Shown: positions 1 to 13,918, numbered from the whole stretch's first letter. The stretch is 63,946 nucleotides of DNA, filler included, from Folioceros fuciformis (GCA_049999805.1; 8 parts of 8 records of this genome joined end to end with filler, not necessarily neighbours in it); one strand, 5' to 3'. Numbers and translations are program-made. Notes: generated from the letters alone by a model not told the origin.

Positions 1-504
1 TGCCACAGCGCCTGTTTCTTCACCGCCAAATAATTACCACGTATGTACGTACATATTCTTCTTCTCATTCTTCACGTGAAGGGAACACATCAGTCCGTGC
101 CCCCGTGGGCCATTCTCAAATATTCAAACGTTTGCATGCTTCGGATCCGAAATCACCACTTTCTAAGCTGGCAGCTGGCAAAAGGAATGCAGCCCATTCT
201 TGTCATACTTTAAGCCCGCCAATCATCAGCCAATCTAACTAGGTACTCATGTCACCCAATGGTGTAATTACAAGTCAGGCTAATCATACGTTAATCTAGC
301 AACCAAGCTACAACACATAATACCCAAGTACCATACTCCACATCTACAACAACTGCCCTGCCCTGCCCTGCCCTCACCCTGAATCTCTTCACGTAGAAAC
401 TTTGATTCCCTTCACGTGGGAAAACAAAGCATTCTTTAATTTCATATAACCCTTTTTTACATCCTGGGGCATATGACCTACATCAATCATATTCTCATTG
501 CCGA

Positions 505-600
505 TTTTAGGGTTTAGTATTGAGGATTGTAGAGTTTAAGGTTTATGATTTAGGGTTCAGTAGAGTTTAGGGATTAGGGTTCAATAGGGTTTATGGTTCA
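505..600 (+). repeat. Degenerate TTTAGGG-like (interstitial telomere-like) tract
   Basis: Clustered variants: tttagggtttag, tttaagg, tttatga, tttagggttc, tttagggattagggttc, tagggtttatgg. Confidence 0.5.
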
Positions 601-1353
601 CCTAATCGCACCAACCAAATAATTTTGTCAGTATCCTATACTATCAACCCAAAAAACTCTTCATCCCCTCTCAAATTGAAAGGTCAAGAGAAACAAAATA
701 TACAAAGCCTCCACGATAGTGGAGAAAATATCTCTTCACCCCTTGTCTCATATGATTATTGGGGGAGAGTCAAATATTCTATTGAAAAAAGATGGGATTT
801 GATTTTATTATGATTGCAGAAAATATTTATGTATCATTTTTATATAATTATATCAAAAATAAATTCTAATTGACTAAAACCTTCTTTAATGAATTCACCA
901 AAAAAAAAATCTTCCTAGTTTGTACATGCATGTACCTACCTGAACAACTGGCCTCAGGATTATTCGCCAGGTTCAGATTTTTATCACGTATTAAATGGAA
1001 AAAAAAATCGTTTAAATCTAGGTTTGTACGTACTTGCGTGTCTGGGTATATTCTTGTTGTTGAAGCAGATGTGCTGGTTAGGCTTTTCTCCAGCCTGCAA
1101 ACAGAAGGTAGGTGAAGGTCTGTAAGTTGTGCACATTGATGAAGGAAACCCTAAGGAGCAGAGCGGGAGGACAGGACGCAGGGCCCTTCGTGTTGCTTCC
1201 ACTTCCGATCGCGAGGCAGCAGTAGCAGGGTTTGTGTCAGATCTGCGGCTTCATCTGCACATCATTTTGTTGAGAGGGCACAGGTGCTTGGGCATCCCGG
1301 CGGTGGTAGCACGCCGGTGGGGTCTCAGCCTGTGCCGTGGCCTTGCTGCAGTC

Positions 1354-1560
1354 ATGGATCGCAACGTAGGGATATGGCAATCGGCTTACCGCCTGCTGAT
1401 GCGGAGGAACTCGGTGTACGTGGCGTTCGTCTTCGCCGGGGCCATCGTGGGGGAGCGGGCTGTGGATTACAGCTTCAACAAGCTTTGGGAGAAGCGCAAC
1501 CGGGGCAAGCTGTATGAAGACATCCCGGATTTAGGGTCCAAGGCAGCTGAAGCAGACTGA
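1354..1560 (+). CDS. QCR9: Cytochrome b-c1 complex subunit 9 (UQCR10/QCR9), 68 aa
   Basis: ATG at 1354. MDRNVGIWQSAYRLLMRRNSVYVAFVFAGAIVGERAVDYSFNKLWEKRNRGKLYEDI matches the family pattern RRNS.Y...F.GA..GER..D....LW...N.GK.Y.DI. Confidence 0.93.
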   Translation: MDRNVGIWQSAYRLLMRRNSVYVAFVFAGAIVGERAVDYSFNKLWEKRNRGKLYEDIPDLGSKAAEAD

Positions 1561-2193
1561 CAGCAGCCGGCACCGGTGTGTGCTGCATTGCTCATCTGGT
1601 CATGCCCTGCATGAAGGTTGCTGCATTCTCTGCAACTAGGGTTCGCAAGTACAAGAAAGGGCACTGCCAATCGAGCTGTGGCCAAGTTTTGTGAATTGTC
1701 TTGTCGTCCATTTTTTGCAGAGGTTAAATGTTTGCCACTGTGGCCGATCTGGACTCAGTAATGCTTCAATTCTTACAGGTCAAGCCCTGGTAGTGGACTG
1801 GGGCAAGTTCCTCTCTAGCCGTCCGCGTTGCGTAAAGGCCCGAAGGTTGAATGCCGCAAAATAAGGTGTTGCCACAGTTGAAAACGTTCTTTGCTTTCTG
1901 GAAAGCTGCAAGCTTGACTGCTTCGCAAGTTTCCTTTCTTCTATCCTTACACACCACGAGTAGTATTTGCAGCCATGTGATCGACTCTGAAGAAGCCAAA
2001 AGTTGCCGAACGCTTTTGTGTGGGTGGCCGACGAAGAAAAAAAAGTACCTTTATAACCCGGGCAGCCAGGCACTCGTCGGTCCCAATGCAAGGAATAGAG
2101 AAGCAGAGGAACTGTGCAGCGCCAACAGCTAATTTGCCTCTAGGTACAGAGGCAACCCCCCGCTAGTCAGCATTGTCATAAGCTGAAACACTA

Positions 2194-3172
2194 TCAGAAT
2201 CCCACAGAACAGCTCTGTGCAAGAATGATCTTGTCTCGTGGATCCACAGTTACTTTACAAGTTGCATCTACCTGCACCAACGTGTGCCACAGACGTATCA
2301 GATTGAAAGAAATTACACCGGAGCCATTGCAAATCCAGTAAAAACGTATGCTGCCATCCAGCAACCGTATGCTACCACACAGCAACAAAGCAGGTCGCAA
2401 GAACAACTCGCTAAGCTCGGGCTGTGATACAAACCTTGACGTGAGGCCTCCAGCAGAAAACCTGCACAGCTCCCGAGAATTTCGTGACCGTATCGAAGGG
2501 AATCTTCCGGTTAAGTGTATCAGCCCACAGGGCCGCCACATTTTTGAAAATCTGCTGTCCCTGCAAATCCAGAGCAGCAGGGACCACGACAGTCCGCCTC
2601 GCAGGAATCTGAGCCCTCTCCAACACCACCTGCCCAATCTCATCCCCTCTGTAGAAGATGGTCACCAAAATGGTGTCATACGACACCCCGAAGTAGTTGG
2701 AATTCGCTATCTCCAACTGCAACTCCATGGCAATATGCAGGATAAGAGACGGCACCAGAGTGGAACTCTTGGGATCCTTCTGCACATCTATCCCGTCTAA
2801 TCTAATATTCTTCACCACCACCTCCGTGGACGCTGGCCAAACGAGAAACCCGGCCCCCGACAACAAGAGCGCCAGGCACAGCATCCCCACAGCCGACTGT
2901 ACGGCATCGCAGGTGGTCTTCACTGCCACCCCGTAATTCGGCCTGCGGTAAGTCACGAAAGGCGGATCCGCATCCCGCACCCCCCGGTACACGCCCTCGC
3001 CGTGCCCGCAGTGCCAACATCCCGCCTCACGCTCGCTGCTGCCCGCGGTCTGGCACTCTACCCTTATCTCCTGCTCCTGGCTGCGGTAAGAGAGCAAGCC
3101 GGTCGCCATCCCTTCCTGCTCCCCGGCCGCATCTGCATCGAGCCCTGACGTCCTCGCCAGGCGCTCTGCCAT
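2194..3172 (-). CDS. LEA_2 / NHL-like single-pass membrane protein, 2 exons (3172-2435, 2271-2194)
   Basis: Hydrophobic helix ending FLVWP, an N.NYFGVSYD motif and a C-terminal C.V.VDP....I..QSC. The GT-AG intron at 2434-2272 keeps frame. The start codon is uncertain (3172 or 3109). Confidence 0.8.
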
Positions 3173-3946
3173 CTCGCCACATTCCCCCGCATTCCGTCCT
3201 CCGCAGGCCAGACCAGGTAAGGCAAGGTGAGGCAAAGTCATGTCATGTGGCATGCCATGTACTTACTCGGTCCACTTGGACGGAATTTCCGCCATGAGAC
3301 GAGGTGGCGTGGTACAGGGAGCATCCGCTCCCTTCAAATCCAATCCTACAGTTAAAGCTCACAATGCTTAATAGCTGCTTAAGATCATCTAAAATTTAGC
3401 TCAAGGTATATGTGCAGTACCTAACTACCTGCCTTGTTTCAATTTCATGTGACTTATTAGTGGATGCAGTACGTTAGTATCATCCAGATATTGATATAAT
3501 GTGGAGCTCAACATATAAGTAGCACGTTGGCTGCACATACTAGCCTACATGAGGTATGGCCTGCGCTTGTCGGGACAAACTGCGTGGTGGGGACTGATGA
3601 CTGGCTGAGGAACCAGGAGACTGCGGGGACGCCAAGGGAAGAAGGAAAGAGGGAAGGAAGGACCGTGACGCCCATGGATTCATGGATAGCGGGGGCGCAG
3701 CAGAGCTGATTGATGGCAGGAAGCGCTGGCCCGGTGGAGGGCAGCGTTGCGGGGTTTTGGGGCGATGGCGAGCAGCATGCGACGTGGGAGGAGCAGCACG
3801 GGGACTCCTTACTGTTGCAGCAATCTCGGTGAGTGCCACGCACTTGCGATTCTGTGTTTGTGGCTGGGTCCGGTGTGCCCGCTGCTGCTGCCGTGTCGAC
3901 CTGTCCTGCTTCGCTGCTGGGGAATTGCAGGTACGACGGGTTTGAG

Positions 3947-5720
3947 ATGGACAGAGCCGGGGCCGNNNNNNNNNNNNNNNNNNNNNNNNNNNNNNNNNNN
4001 NNNNNNNNNNNNNNNNNNNNNNNNNNNNNNNNNNNNNNNNNNNNNNNNNNNNNNNNNNNNNNNNNAGCGGCCGACTTCGGCGGGGCACCCGGGATGCTTC
4101 CGAGGGGAGGTCCGCTGGGCCTGCCTGGAGGAGCCATGGGAATACAGCACAGGATGGCTAACGGGGGGCAAGGGCAGGGTCAAGGGCACGGGCAAGGGCA
4201 AGGGCAAGGGTTTACTCCCGGCGCAGGTGCTGGTGCATTTCCGCCTGCCCAGCAGGGTGGCGGAGCGGAATTAAGCTCGGGGGCCGCAGCCGCAGCGGCA
4301 GGGCGAGGTGGCGGAGGAGGGGGGAGGGGTCGGGGAACTGGGGGCATTTTCTTTAAGACCAAGCTTTGCTCTAGGTTTAAGTCTGGGAGCTGCCCTTACA
4401 ACAGTAATTGCAACTTTGCGCATGGAATCGAGGAGTTGCGGAGGCCGCCTCGTGGATGGGAGGAGTTCGTGGCTCAGGATGGAGGATATGGAGGGGGTTC
4501 TGGGACACCTCCGACTCCGGTTCCCCAAGGGCAGGGGCAGGGGCAAGGATTAGGTCAGGGTGGACAGGGGTTACAGAATGGGCTCACTGCGGACTCCCTC
4601 AAGTTCCATAAGACTCGCCCTTGTAAGAAGTACTTCAACGAGGGCAACTGTCCCTATGGAGACAAGTGTAATTATCTGCATGACGAGCCCGGGCCGCAGG
4701 CAAGAGGTGCAAGAGACACGCCGGTCGTCAACAGTGCTGCACCCTTGTCTCCTGGTGGTGCAAGCAGTGGGAGTGGTGGTGTCACAGCACGTCCTCCAAA
4801 TTGGAAGACTCGGATTTGCAATAAGTGGGAAGTCACTGGCCATTGTCCATTTGGAGACAAGTGCCATTTTGCACACGGCTCAGCAGGTTGGTTAACTTTA
4901 TTCCTCGGTAGTGCATCTTGCTTGGATGGTGTGCAGTTGTGGTCACCTGTGTCGGTCGTAGGGCAGGGACAGTTGGACCTTAGGGAGAACTCTCTAGTCT
5001 TGTTTCTTGGTTTCTAGGTTGATCCGCTGCGTCTGCAAGTAGTGTTGTCTTTCTTTTGCATTGACATTTAGCTACGTATAATCTGTATGCTTTTAGGAAA
5101 ACACATTTGGAAGTGGTTTGTTCCCCCTAAGATCTCATCTTTGTTTTGAATGCTTCTTGATGCACGGTGTAGAGCTGCAGTCCTATGGTGGGGGTCAATT
5201 TGATTCCAGCAATGGAGGTTCTGGTGGTGGTACACCAACTGAAGTAAAGTCCTCAACAAAGCAATGGGAGGTCGGAATGACGGATTCTCAACCTGCAGGA
5301 ACTTCTCAAGGCACTCATTCCAAGAAAGCAAGGCAGAGTGTGAGAACTGCCGCTGGTGAAAGGACCACGGCCCCCTGGAAGGAGTCTTTGACCGAGATCT
5401 GTAATGTGTATGCTGACTGGATTGACGTAGACAAAGGCAAGGCCTGGAATGACAATGGGAAATGTTCCAGCCCGAAACTGCCACAGCATATGGGGCAGTT
5501 GGTGCACGGCGGGGGAGAGAAGCCTGATGTTGGTGAATTCTGTGGGCAAGACGGTGATGCCTATCCCAAGGTGGATGGTAGCCACGTTTTTCCTGCTCAA
5601 AGACACATCAGCCTGCAGAATGGCTTTCATTGTGTTGGGAATGGTGTGATCCATTCTGTGCAGAATCAGGTGGATTATGGATACTATGGCCAAGAAGGAA
5701 GCAACTATGATGGGCCATAG
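3947..5720 (+). CDS. Triple CCCH zinc-finger protein, exons about 3947-4886 and 5173-5720
   Basis: Three C-x8-C-x5-C-x3-H fingers led by FFKTKLC, FHKTRPC and NWKTRIC. A phase-1 GT-AG intron spans 4887-5172. The N-terminus crosses an N-gap, so the start is uncertain. Confidence 0.88.
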
Positions 5721-6678
5721 CATAAGGTGTCTTGTGGAAGTATCTAGCCCTGCCCACTGCAGCCCTAGATGCATTGCGGAGTAGTTTCACCGTGTCTCTT
5801 CCTTTCCATGGGTCATCGTGTCTCCATGCCTACTAGTGGAAAAGTTGCCGTCAAAGGTAAGGGCAGTGAGCAGCTGACCGCAGGTCTTCCTGTTGGTCAA
5901 GGACAGGGTATCTGATGTGTGGTCTCTGCGAACGGTCTCGTCTACATCATCAGTTGCCGTGTCGAGCCTGTAATTGGATGAGCCCCGGGACGTGTGAAGT
6001 GGCAATTTCCCCAGCATATGAAAGTGATCTGAGCTATTGTCTTTCATATGTCTTCCTGGCGCTTCAGATGAGATGGCAGGACGGATGTGCATCTCTGTCC
6101 CAATGTTAGTCGGTTTGCAGGGGTGAAATGTGCCAGTGCTGTGCCCATCAAAGTCCCTTACCTGTTTGGCCAAGGGCACTCAACATGGGGCTCCTCAGTA
6201 TCCGTTGTAAACGGTATCGCCCTTTGAAGGTTTTTTATGCTGCCTTACCTCATGGAACGTTGATTACAGGGCTGTACGGTACCGCCTTCGTTGTCCTGGA
6301 AGCCTAAGATGCCAGGGTATGATGGGTGATCGTCAGTGGCTCTCTGGAAAGTGTTACCAGCGTACTTGGCACATCCGTGTCCTGCAAAACGTGGGGGCTG
6401 GCTGCATGGCTCGTAGGGGTCTCGAGACCTGATTGTTAAGCCGCTAACATGTCGCAATCGCTGCCGAATATCCTTACTGCCAATCTGGAGATCAATTTGG
6501 AGGCCTCGTGCGCTTGTCACGACTTGCAAGGCAGGTCCGAGTGAACCAGGTAAATTTGGAAGAGTTTCAAAAATCTCAAAAATTCCTCAAGCTACACATA
6601 GTGCAATGGCCTATAAAATGATGCACCTAATATTTCGTTTATCTATCCACCAGTTTCCCGTCAAATTTCAACCGTCGA

Positions 6679-9600
6679 CTACTGTTGGAACACTCGACCG
6701 TGCAAGATCTTTTTACGCACAAGAGATTTGAATGCATTGATCGCAGACGCTTCCAGCTCTGCATCCCGAGGACTTCCTCCTTGCCGAAGCGGTCCTCCTA
6801 ACACAGCACAACTTTGCAGTAACGATACAACCTGAGGACATAGTACAGGGAAAGTTGTAGCGCAGTCCGCAACAGCCCCGAGCACCATTCGTAGAAAATT
6901 CGCAGAACCTGTTGTCTTCGTTCGAATGTTGGTACAATGTGCCACGGCCTATAGTATAACAAGGAGACAATAATTAGGTCACAGCGGCACAAAACTGCAG
7001 GCAGGCGTGCTGATACCTCACCAGTTGGGCAGCCGGGAGAGACTGAGGCAGCTTGGGGTGTCTTGTAACAAGGCTCACAGTTAGATTCACGGCAAAAATC
7101 TGTTGTTGCTGCTGGGGCTGTTGGATGAGTTCCTGCAAAAAGTCGAAGCACTGCACCAAAGATGGAACACCATCTACCATCATCGGCAGGAGAGAGACAT
7201 CATACCCCTGTTCCCAAGGAACTTTAATTAGTCTGGCTCATGGGGCACACTACAGCAATCAGCACCAGGCAGCAACTACAATAAATGCCGAAAGCAGACC
7301 TGAAAATGCAGAATCTTGAGAAGCGATGGGGTGGTGTGTAGAAGAGAGGAAATTGTAGCACAGATGAGATGGCGGGCTTCTAGCAAAGGCCCAGGGCTGA
7401 CATCATCCCCTAAATACTTGCTTGATATACATGCCTCGAGCAGTATCTGGCACACAGCACTGGCAACACTCCAACGATCAGTGTAGAACAACTGAAAAGG
7501 TATATTGCACTACCTACAAGAAGAACGAGTGTAAAGCAATGCCCGAAAGATGGGTACAGGAAGGGTGGCTGACCTATCCTGTGCTACTAATCCAGCTAAC
7601 ACTTCCTCTCGCTTCAGGCTCACGTCAGATGCTAGATTTTGAGCTGCCCCGTTTTGAGAAGTCCTGGCTTCAGGCCCTGCAGCTAGGCATACTCTCCTGT
7701 TCTTGATGAGTAGCTGCTGCAGGATCCTTAGCACAACAGCAAGCAAAGGAGTTCTGTACACTCTTAGGCTGCAAGTTAGAATAGTAAAAGGTTCTTGCAG
7801 GAACTGGCTGTATGTAAAGGTTTTCGTCTTGCCCTTGCCTCTCAAGTGTGCATTGTCATATGGAACATTGGCTGCATCGCTTAAATAAGGGAGCACAGTG
7901 CCATCCTTCATGGCCTCAAGGAATGTTGGGACAAGAAGCTCTAATGCATACGATGGGAGGCTTTCCCACCAAGAGCAAAACATATCTTGAACACATCTGG
8001 GACAGGCTGGATTCAAGAGGCGAGGTGCAAGCTTTTCTACAACTAAGACCTCAAGTTTCCAACCTCCTTGGACTTCAGTCTCTCTTTCCAGGCTAGACTT
8101 CGACGGATGCATCAAAGAATGAAGAACATGGAGGACTTTCAGGGGCTCAGTGCACACATTTTCAAACCGGCTAGTCAAATATTCAGGTGACCCAATCACG
8201 TCTCCCAAGATACACTCCACATTGTCGGCTGGCCAAGTGCTTTCTGTTGTTTCGCTGTGGGCAGTATCAACTGACATCAACTCAGAAAAATTCTTTTCAG
8301 ACGCTGGTTCTATGGTTGCCAAGCGCCATTTGAGGTCTTCTCGCACTTTAATGCCCTCAGTAGACCTATTCTGTGACGTCTCAAGCTCGTGAAGTAGATC
8401 CTCAACAAGAAGAATTTCAGGGAAGAGCGCAGAAGCCACAGCTACCCACTGTCACAGGTGAGGTGCCACTTACGATCAGAAAAACTAAGTGATATGCATC
8501 AACACGCCAACAAATCATTCACTTATACTAACCCTGGGTAAAAGATGTTCGTAGGCAAGCCAACGCTCCTCCATATATGCCATTAGAGGCCTTAGAGGCA
8601 ATGATGAAAGAAGACTTTGCCACCACTTGCCAGTTTCTTCAATCGCTGATATATCAGCATTGCCAGTGCCAAAATTGACCCCATATTCTCGCATATTATG
8701 CTCTGTGCACAGTACATAGAATGTAGCCAAAGAAGCGACTGCCATTTCCGCCTGATCCCTTGAGCTACATATTTTTGCTCTTAGTTCCGCAGCCATGCTG
8801 AAGGCTTTCGAGGGCATACGAACACACTTCTCAGTTCCTGTTACAAACATCGACGGAATGGCTTTCACAAGGAGCTTCTGGGACAAGAACTGTGAATTTG
8901 GCTGGAATGACCTCCCACGTGGGCCAAATGACTCAGCTGTGGATTGTACCAACTGGATCAGGACCTGAAACCAGAGCCAAAAGTAAGGCCAAATAACACA
9001 TTCGCCAAGTATTGCTAAAACTGATATATACAAGAGAATGGTCAGAGCATCATACACAAGCAGATGCATACAGGGTGGATGGGCTCCCTAGCAACAGAGA
9101 TGCAGTGCAGGATGGCTCCAGATGGATCAACTCCATAACGAGCAAATTGGTTTGATTGGAACATTTGCTCAAGGCACCTCAGGGTCACCTCCGGTTTCTT
9201 TCTGCATAAATCAATGGTGATCAAAGTCAAAACAACGACCAATCTCAAAGTACTTACTGAAGTTCCAGACTAGAAAGCCACAACATCAGCTGCATCGTTA
9301 CCTTCGACCGGAAATAGGACCCCTGGGGCGAAGCGCAGCCACAGCGTCCGCCACCAGAGCGGGCTCAGACAAAATGCCAGCCCCAGTAGCAGCATCCACA
9401 AGGTCTCGTAGCATAGAGGTGTGAACAGTCAGGTGCATTCCCAGTGCTTCTCTCACTAGCTGCAAAATTGGAAACAAGAATTTGGAAATTGATGCGATTC
9501 ATACAAAAACATTCAAGCAGAACAACGAAGCACGAGAAACATGTGCAAGGAAACAGTACCACAGCGATATCTGACAGGTTGCGTACTAGTAGCTGGACAG

Positions 9601-11462
9601 CCAGCCAGACCGACAACTCTATGCTAGATGTAGAAACCCTGGAAGTCGCCATTTTCACACCGTAGAGAAGTGAACTGACGCAGCTGTAAAACAGCGTTTT
9701 TGTTGTCATGTTGGAAAGGCCAGGAATCAAGCATACAAATGAAATCCCCAGCTGAAGGGTGCGTTCTTCAAGAATTTCCTCCTCAGCCCTACATGTATTC
9801 CCAGCTAAAGCCTTAAGCCAGAAAACGACCTGCACAAATTGGCCTTTCAAATGTCAGGGTCCCCCATTGACCTCGTTCTCGTCATGCATCATGTGTAAAG
9901 TGACCAGTCAGCAGAAGGCAGCTTGCCTCTTCGTGTGTTGGCAGCAAATCACCAGCACGGACAAGAACACAAAAGAGCCTGAGGTGACTGTGTAATCTGC
10001 CACACCAACCATCTCGTTCCAATGTTGACCTCGCATCTGCTAGCAATCTGTCCCTTGCCCTTTGCACTGCCCCTTCCCGTCGTAGAACCACATTAGCTTG
10101 CATGGTACCAAGATCAGAAAAGTTGGTAATTCTTGCGTCAACCAGTGAAGGAAAAGAAATTGGAGAATAGTGATCTGATGCCCTTTGAGATGTCCCAATA
10201 CAAAACAGCATCCATTTTGAGGTGTCTTCTCTGGAGAATATAACTGTACAGAGAAACTCCAACACATCCTGGATGACGTCAACCGTGATATGTAGTGCCA
10301 TCTCTGCACATGTGCAGGTACTCAACAAAGCCTGCCGGCAGATGAACGCGAAGGAAGGTGCCACTTGGCAAAATCTCAGAAGTGCCCAGACAGCAAGTTC
10401 CACCACCCTTGGGCAAGAAGTTGCCAGAGCAGGGAGCTTATCTTTCACGTTATTTGGAGTAGGATGTCCTCCTGATGGTAGTCGTAGTGCACTGGCAGTG
10501 CTCCCACCGAAGACACTCTGTGGTAAAGCATCTGCCACTTCTGGATGGGAAGAAAGAACCTCCACCAGACGGAGCACACCTTGCTCAAGGATGATCGGAT
10601 TGTTCACGAAAGTCGCAACCAGCAAAGCGCAGTCACTGGAGGCCCCGAGAAGACCTTTCACAAGCTGCTCTGCAGCATAAATTGCAAAAGAGATAAGCTG
10701 TACACACTGGTCGCCGACATGAAAGACAAGCGCCGGCACTGTCATCTGCTACGGACGCATGCAAACAACCTCTTACAGGCAACTCACGGTTTGAGGGTGG
10801 GAAATCGAAGCGCACTCAACCTGGAGTCAACAGTCCTGGACAACGGGAGACGGCAATAGGAAGCAGGCATATTAACTCCGTGAAGCAAGCTTCATTGCTC
10901 CAAATGCTGTGCTCGTGTCTCAGCTGTCGCTCTGATCCACTAGAACGCTTCGACGGAAATCCAGCAGCAAGCTTGCGAAGGACAACAACAGCGATTTTCA
11001 CGCGATCCCTCTGCAGATCGAGACGGACCATGAAAGAAAATCCCAGAACTGATTTCAGCGCAGAAGCCAAGGAAGTAATTCCGCACCACTAACCTCAACA
11101 GCCTCCTCAAAGTTGCAGAACTCATCCAAAGTCGGTGGGTCCTCTTCTTCCTCCATCCATCTCGCGAATCTTTCGTCATCGCCATCATCAGCTGCAGAAT
11201 GCAAGCTTTCAGCACTCTCTGCTTCCGTTTGCAAGACTGCACGATAAATCTCCTCATAGTCTAGGGACGCGTAAGAAAGTGCACGTTGTGTAAGCCTGTC
11301 AGAGGCCACAGAGCTGGGTAGGCTAGGCAATACACTGGGGGAATCAAACGCCTGCAACGCGAGTGACGGTAAGAAGACTCTGGAAAGACTATCGTGGCCT
11401 GCTGCCAAGTCGGAGGGCCAGGAAGTTCCATATCGTAGAGACTCCACAACCTTCTCTGTCAT
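6679..11462 (-). CDS. INTS2: Integrator complex subunit 2 homologue, multi-exon
   Basis: The spliced C-terminal exons read EPFTILTCSLRVYRTP...REEVLAGLVAQDSAVCQILLEAC...LKILHFQGYDVSLLPMMVDGVPSLVQCFDFLQELIQQPQQQQQIFAVNL...LPQSL. These are collinear with animal INTS2 motifs as I recall them (AQDSAAVQILLEIC; HFQGYP..LLP..V.GIPSMH.C.DF.PEL..QP....QIFA). Internal exon boundaries are only partly resolved. Confidence 0.85.
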
Positions 11463-11934
11463 GTCTAGAAGGTGTCGAAAGGCAGCGAACCAAATTGGCC
11501 ACCGTCCCACTCCTTTGCACCAGCTTTCCTCAACCCCCTCCGCTAGGTCGTGATGTCTCTGTTTGATCTCATGTTTCCTGTTCCTGGTCCAAGCTAACAG
11601 ACATTCGACATGCGTTCTCTTCAAGCATCGGCATTTGTAGCGTTCAGATTTCGGAATTCGTCAAGCAGTACATCGGCAAACTTTTCCAACGATTCCGGCT
11701 TCAGCTCCATCGACGGTGAATTAGGGTTAGGTTGCAGACTGGAGAGTTTCAAGGCAAATAATTAGCAAGAACGAGCTTTAAATTAGATCATGACCTCAAA
11801 GACGGGCAACGTAACGAATTTGGGGAATCTCTCTTCCGACGACCCCAGAGCGTTATGAACAAAGGCTGTCATAGCAGCACCGAGCTTATGAGTACGCCTT
11901 GTCATTGAAGCTGTGACGAGACTGCGTTTTGGAC
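11463..11934. promoter_or_regulatory. Probable bidirectional promoter between INTS2 and TMEM33
   Basis: Divergent start codons about 470 bp apart, with a telo-box-like ttagggttagg near 11721. Confidence 0.5.
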
Positions 11935-13918
11935 ATGGCAGCTGCGGAACAGCAGCAGAAGCGGGCTGCGGCTCTGGAATATAATTTTGAGGATGACGGC
12001 CGATGGGCTGATTACTGGAACAACGTTCTGGTCCCAGCTCATCTCTCATCCAACCTTGAGGTGCTGCGGCACTACAAGCTTAAATTCTATCAACGCTACA
12101 TCGTGAGTGCCCCGTTGCTCTCTTTCAAATCTCTCGATTGAGCAATGGCAGTTACTTTGAATGTTTTTTCCGACCAAGCCTCAATTGTCATCTGCAGCCC
12201 AAATTTTGTGGTGATGTATCTGTAGTCGAGCGTGTGTAACTCGTAGCATTGCACGTTGCCTTGATATGGTTTTTCTTTCCTGGCAGGATCCTGAACTTCA
12301 AGTGGAACCACTTAAATCTGTGACGCCTCCCACCTCAGCTCCCTCGCCATCCGTGTCTCAACCGGCTGCACAACATGGGCGTCCGGTCAACGCAGGTTCT
12401 ACTTACGTGAGGCACGGAGCTTGCCTGTTCAATGAAAGCTGTGGATTAGTCTGACGGCTAGTATGTTGGCTATGCACAGGGACCAGGAGCTCCAATGGGT
12501 CTTCTGCTAGGGCAGCCAGGCCCGATTCTGCGGCAGTCAATCCTTCGAAACAGCACACTTTCCAGTTTTTGAACAATGCTTGGGTATATGTGCTAGAAGT
12601 TTGTTACCGTACAAATAATGTATGAGGCTTTCCACAGTACTGCAGGGTCACTGACAAGAGCTACTTCTGTAGGTGCTCATCATGGCGGTTTTAGCCTTTC
12701 TTCCCCTTGTACCACCCTCGATCTCCAACCGGGCATATCGGTTCACCCTTTTTGGAACAGCCATCGGTGCCATGCATTCTATCTACCTTCAATACGGGGT
12801 AAATAAGCTGCATTTGTCTTGTATAGATTATGGATGTCCAGCTTGTGCTTGGTTCTTGGAGCTGGTTGTATCTGGAGATGGCGATGACAGCAATCCAACC
12901 TTGAGCTCTGATTCCTGTCACAATTCAGAATTATTTGTGTCAAAATGTGGAGTGTGCATCATGTCTTACGCCCGATGTGTGTCTAAACTGGCCAACCTTT
13001 GATCGTGCACAGATACCCCGCTCTTGGAATCTTCAGGGTATTCAGTATTGGCTGCAACCAGTGGTGGCCGGCAAGGAGTTGCTGTATCTTATGTACTCAA
13101 TCATTTTTATTCTCTCATATTCGCCCATAAAATGTAAACCTCTCGTTCGTCTAGGTGACTATTTTTGTCTTGCTTCATTGTGCGTGTACAATAACCACTA
13201 TTCTCATTTATGGGTATGTGGCAGTCGCTGTTCTGCCCCTGCTTTGTCGATCTTTGGAACTTGTTGCCCGTTACCTGAGACAAAATTTTAGCAATGCCCA
13301 ACTGTACAGGTGAGATTGGAGATGCTGTTTAGTTTTCCTTTTGATGGTGCCTTTCCACTGTAAGGAGCCCTGCCTTGATCTGACTGGACGTGACGGCTTA
13401 CAACTTGACTTGCCATGCAGGAAATACTTGGCAAGCCTATGCACTTGGGTAGAGTCAAACAGCGGAGTCTTAAACACACTCAGTGCTAATTGGGAAGTTG
13501 GTATTGGATTCCTGCTGATCTTCCTAGTGTTCACGTAAGCATCTTTCCATCCACTAAGATGATTGCCTTGAGATACTTTTGCTCCCCGTCTCATCAAACT
13601 GGTCGTCTGAGTTCCTCTGATGCCGAAATGTTCTCGTACTGCAGACCTCAACGCAACTTCTTGCAAATAATGCTCTACTGGCAGGTCAGTTTTCTCCCTG
13701 GTCGATTTAGTGTATTAATCAGGTGCTCTGTACTCACGTGTTCATTGAATTGGTGTAATGCACAGGTGTTGAAACTCAAATATAAATCACCGACTTCGGC
13801 GGCTTATCATAGAAGTACTTGGGGGAGAATCGGAGCTACTGTCAACCCGCTGGTTGCGCGCCATGCACCTTTCCTACAGCGCCCTCTGGATTTAGTCAAA
13901 CAATGGTTTCTATCTTGA
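11935..13918 (+). CDS. TMEM33/Pom33 (UPF0121) family membrane protein, multi-exon
   Basis: The plant-type N-terminus is YNFEDDGRWADYWNNVLVP...HYKLKFYQRYI|DPELQVEP. Hydrophobic exons follow, then ANWEVGIGFLLIF, QRNFLQIMLYWQ|VLKLKYKSP...YHRSTW and a terminal KQWFLS. Confidence 0.88.

Noticed and set aside
3565-3628. Hammerhead-like CTGATGA-ctgg...ccag-GAGAC
   Set aside because: The core reads GAGA instead of GAAA, stem I cannot form and stem III is weak.
10063-10083. miR408-complementary stretch in the INTS2 coding region
   Set aside because: There are about 16 nt of pairing, but a G-U wobble falls at the cleavage position and the 3' end is unpaired. It is compatible with chance, and degradome data would be needed.
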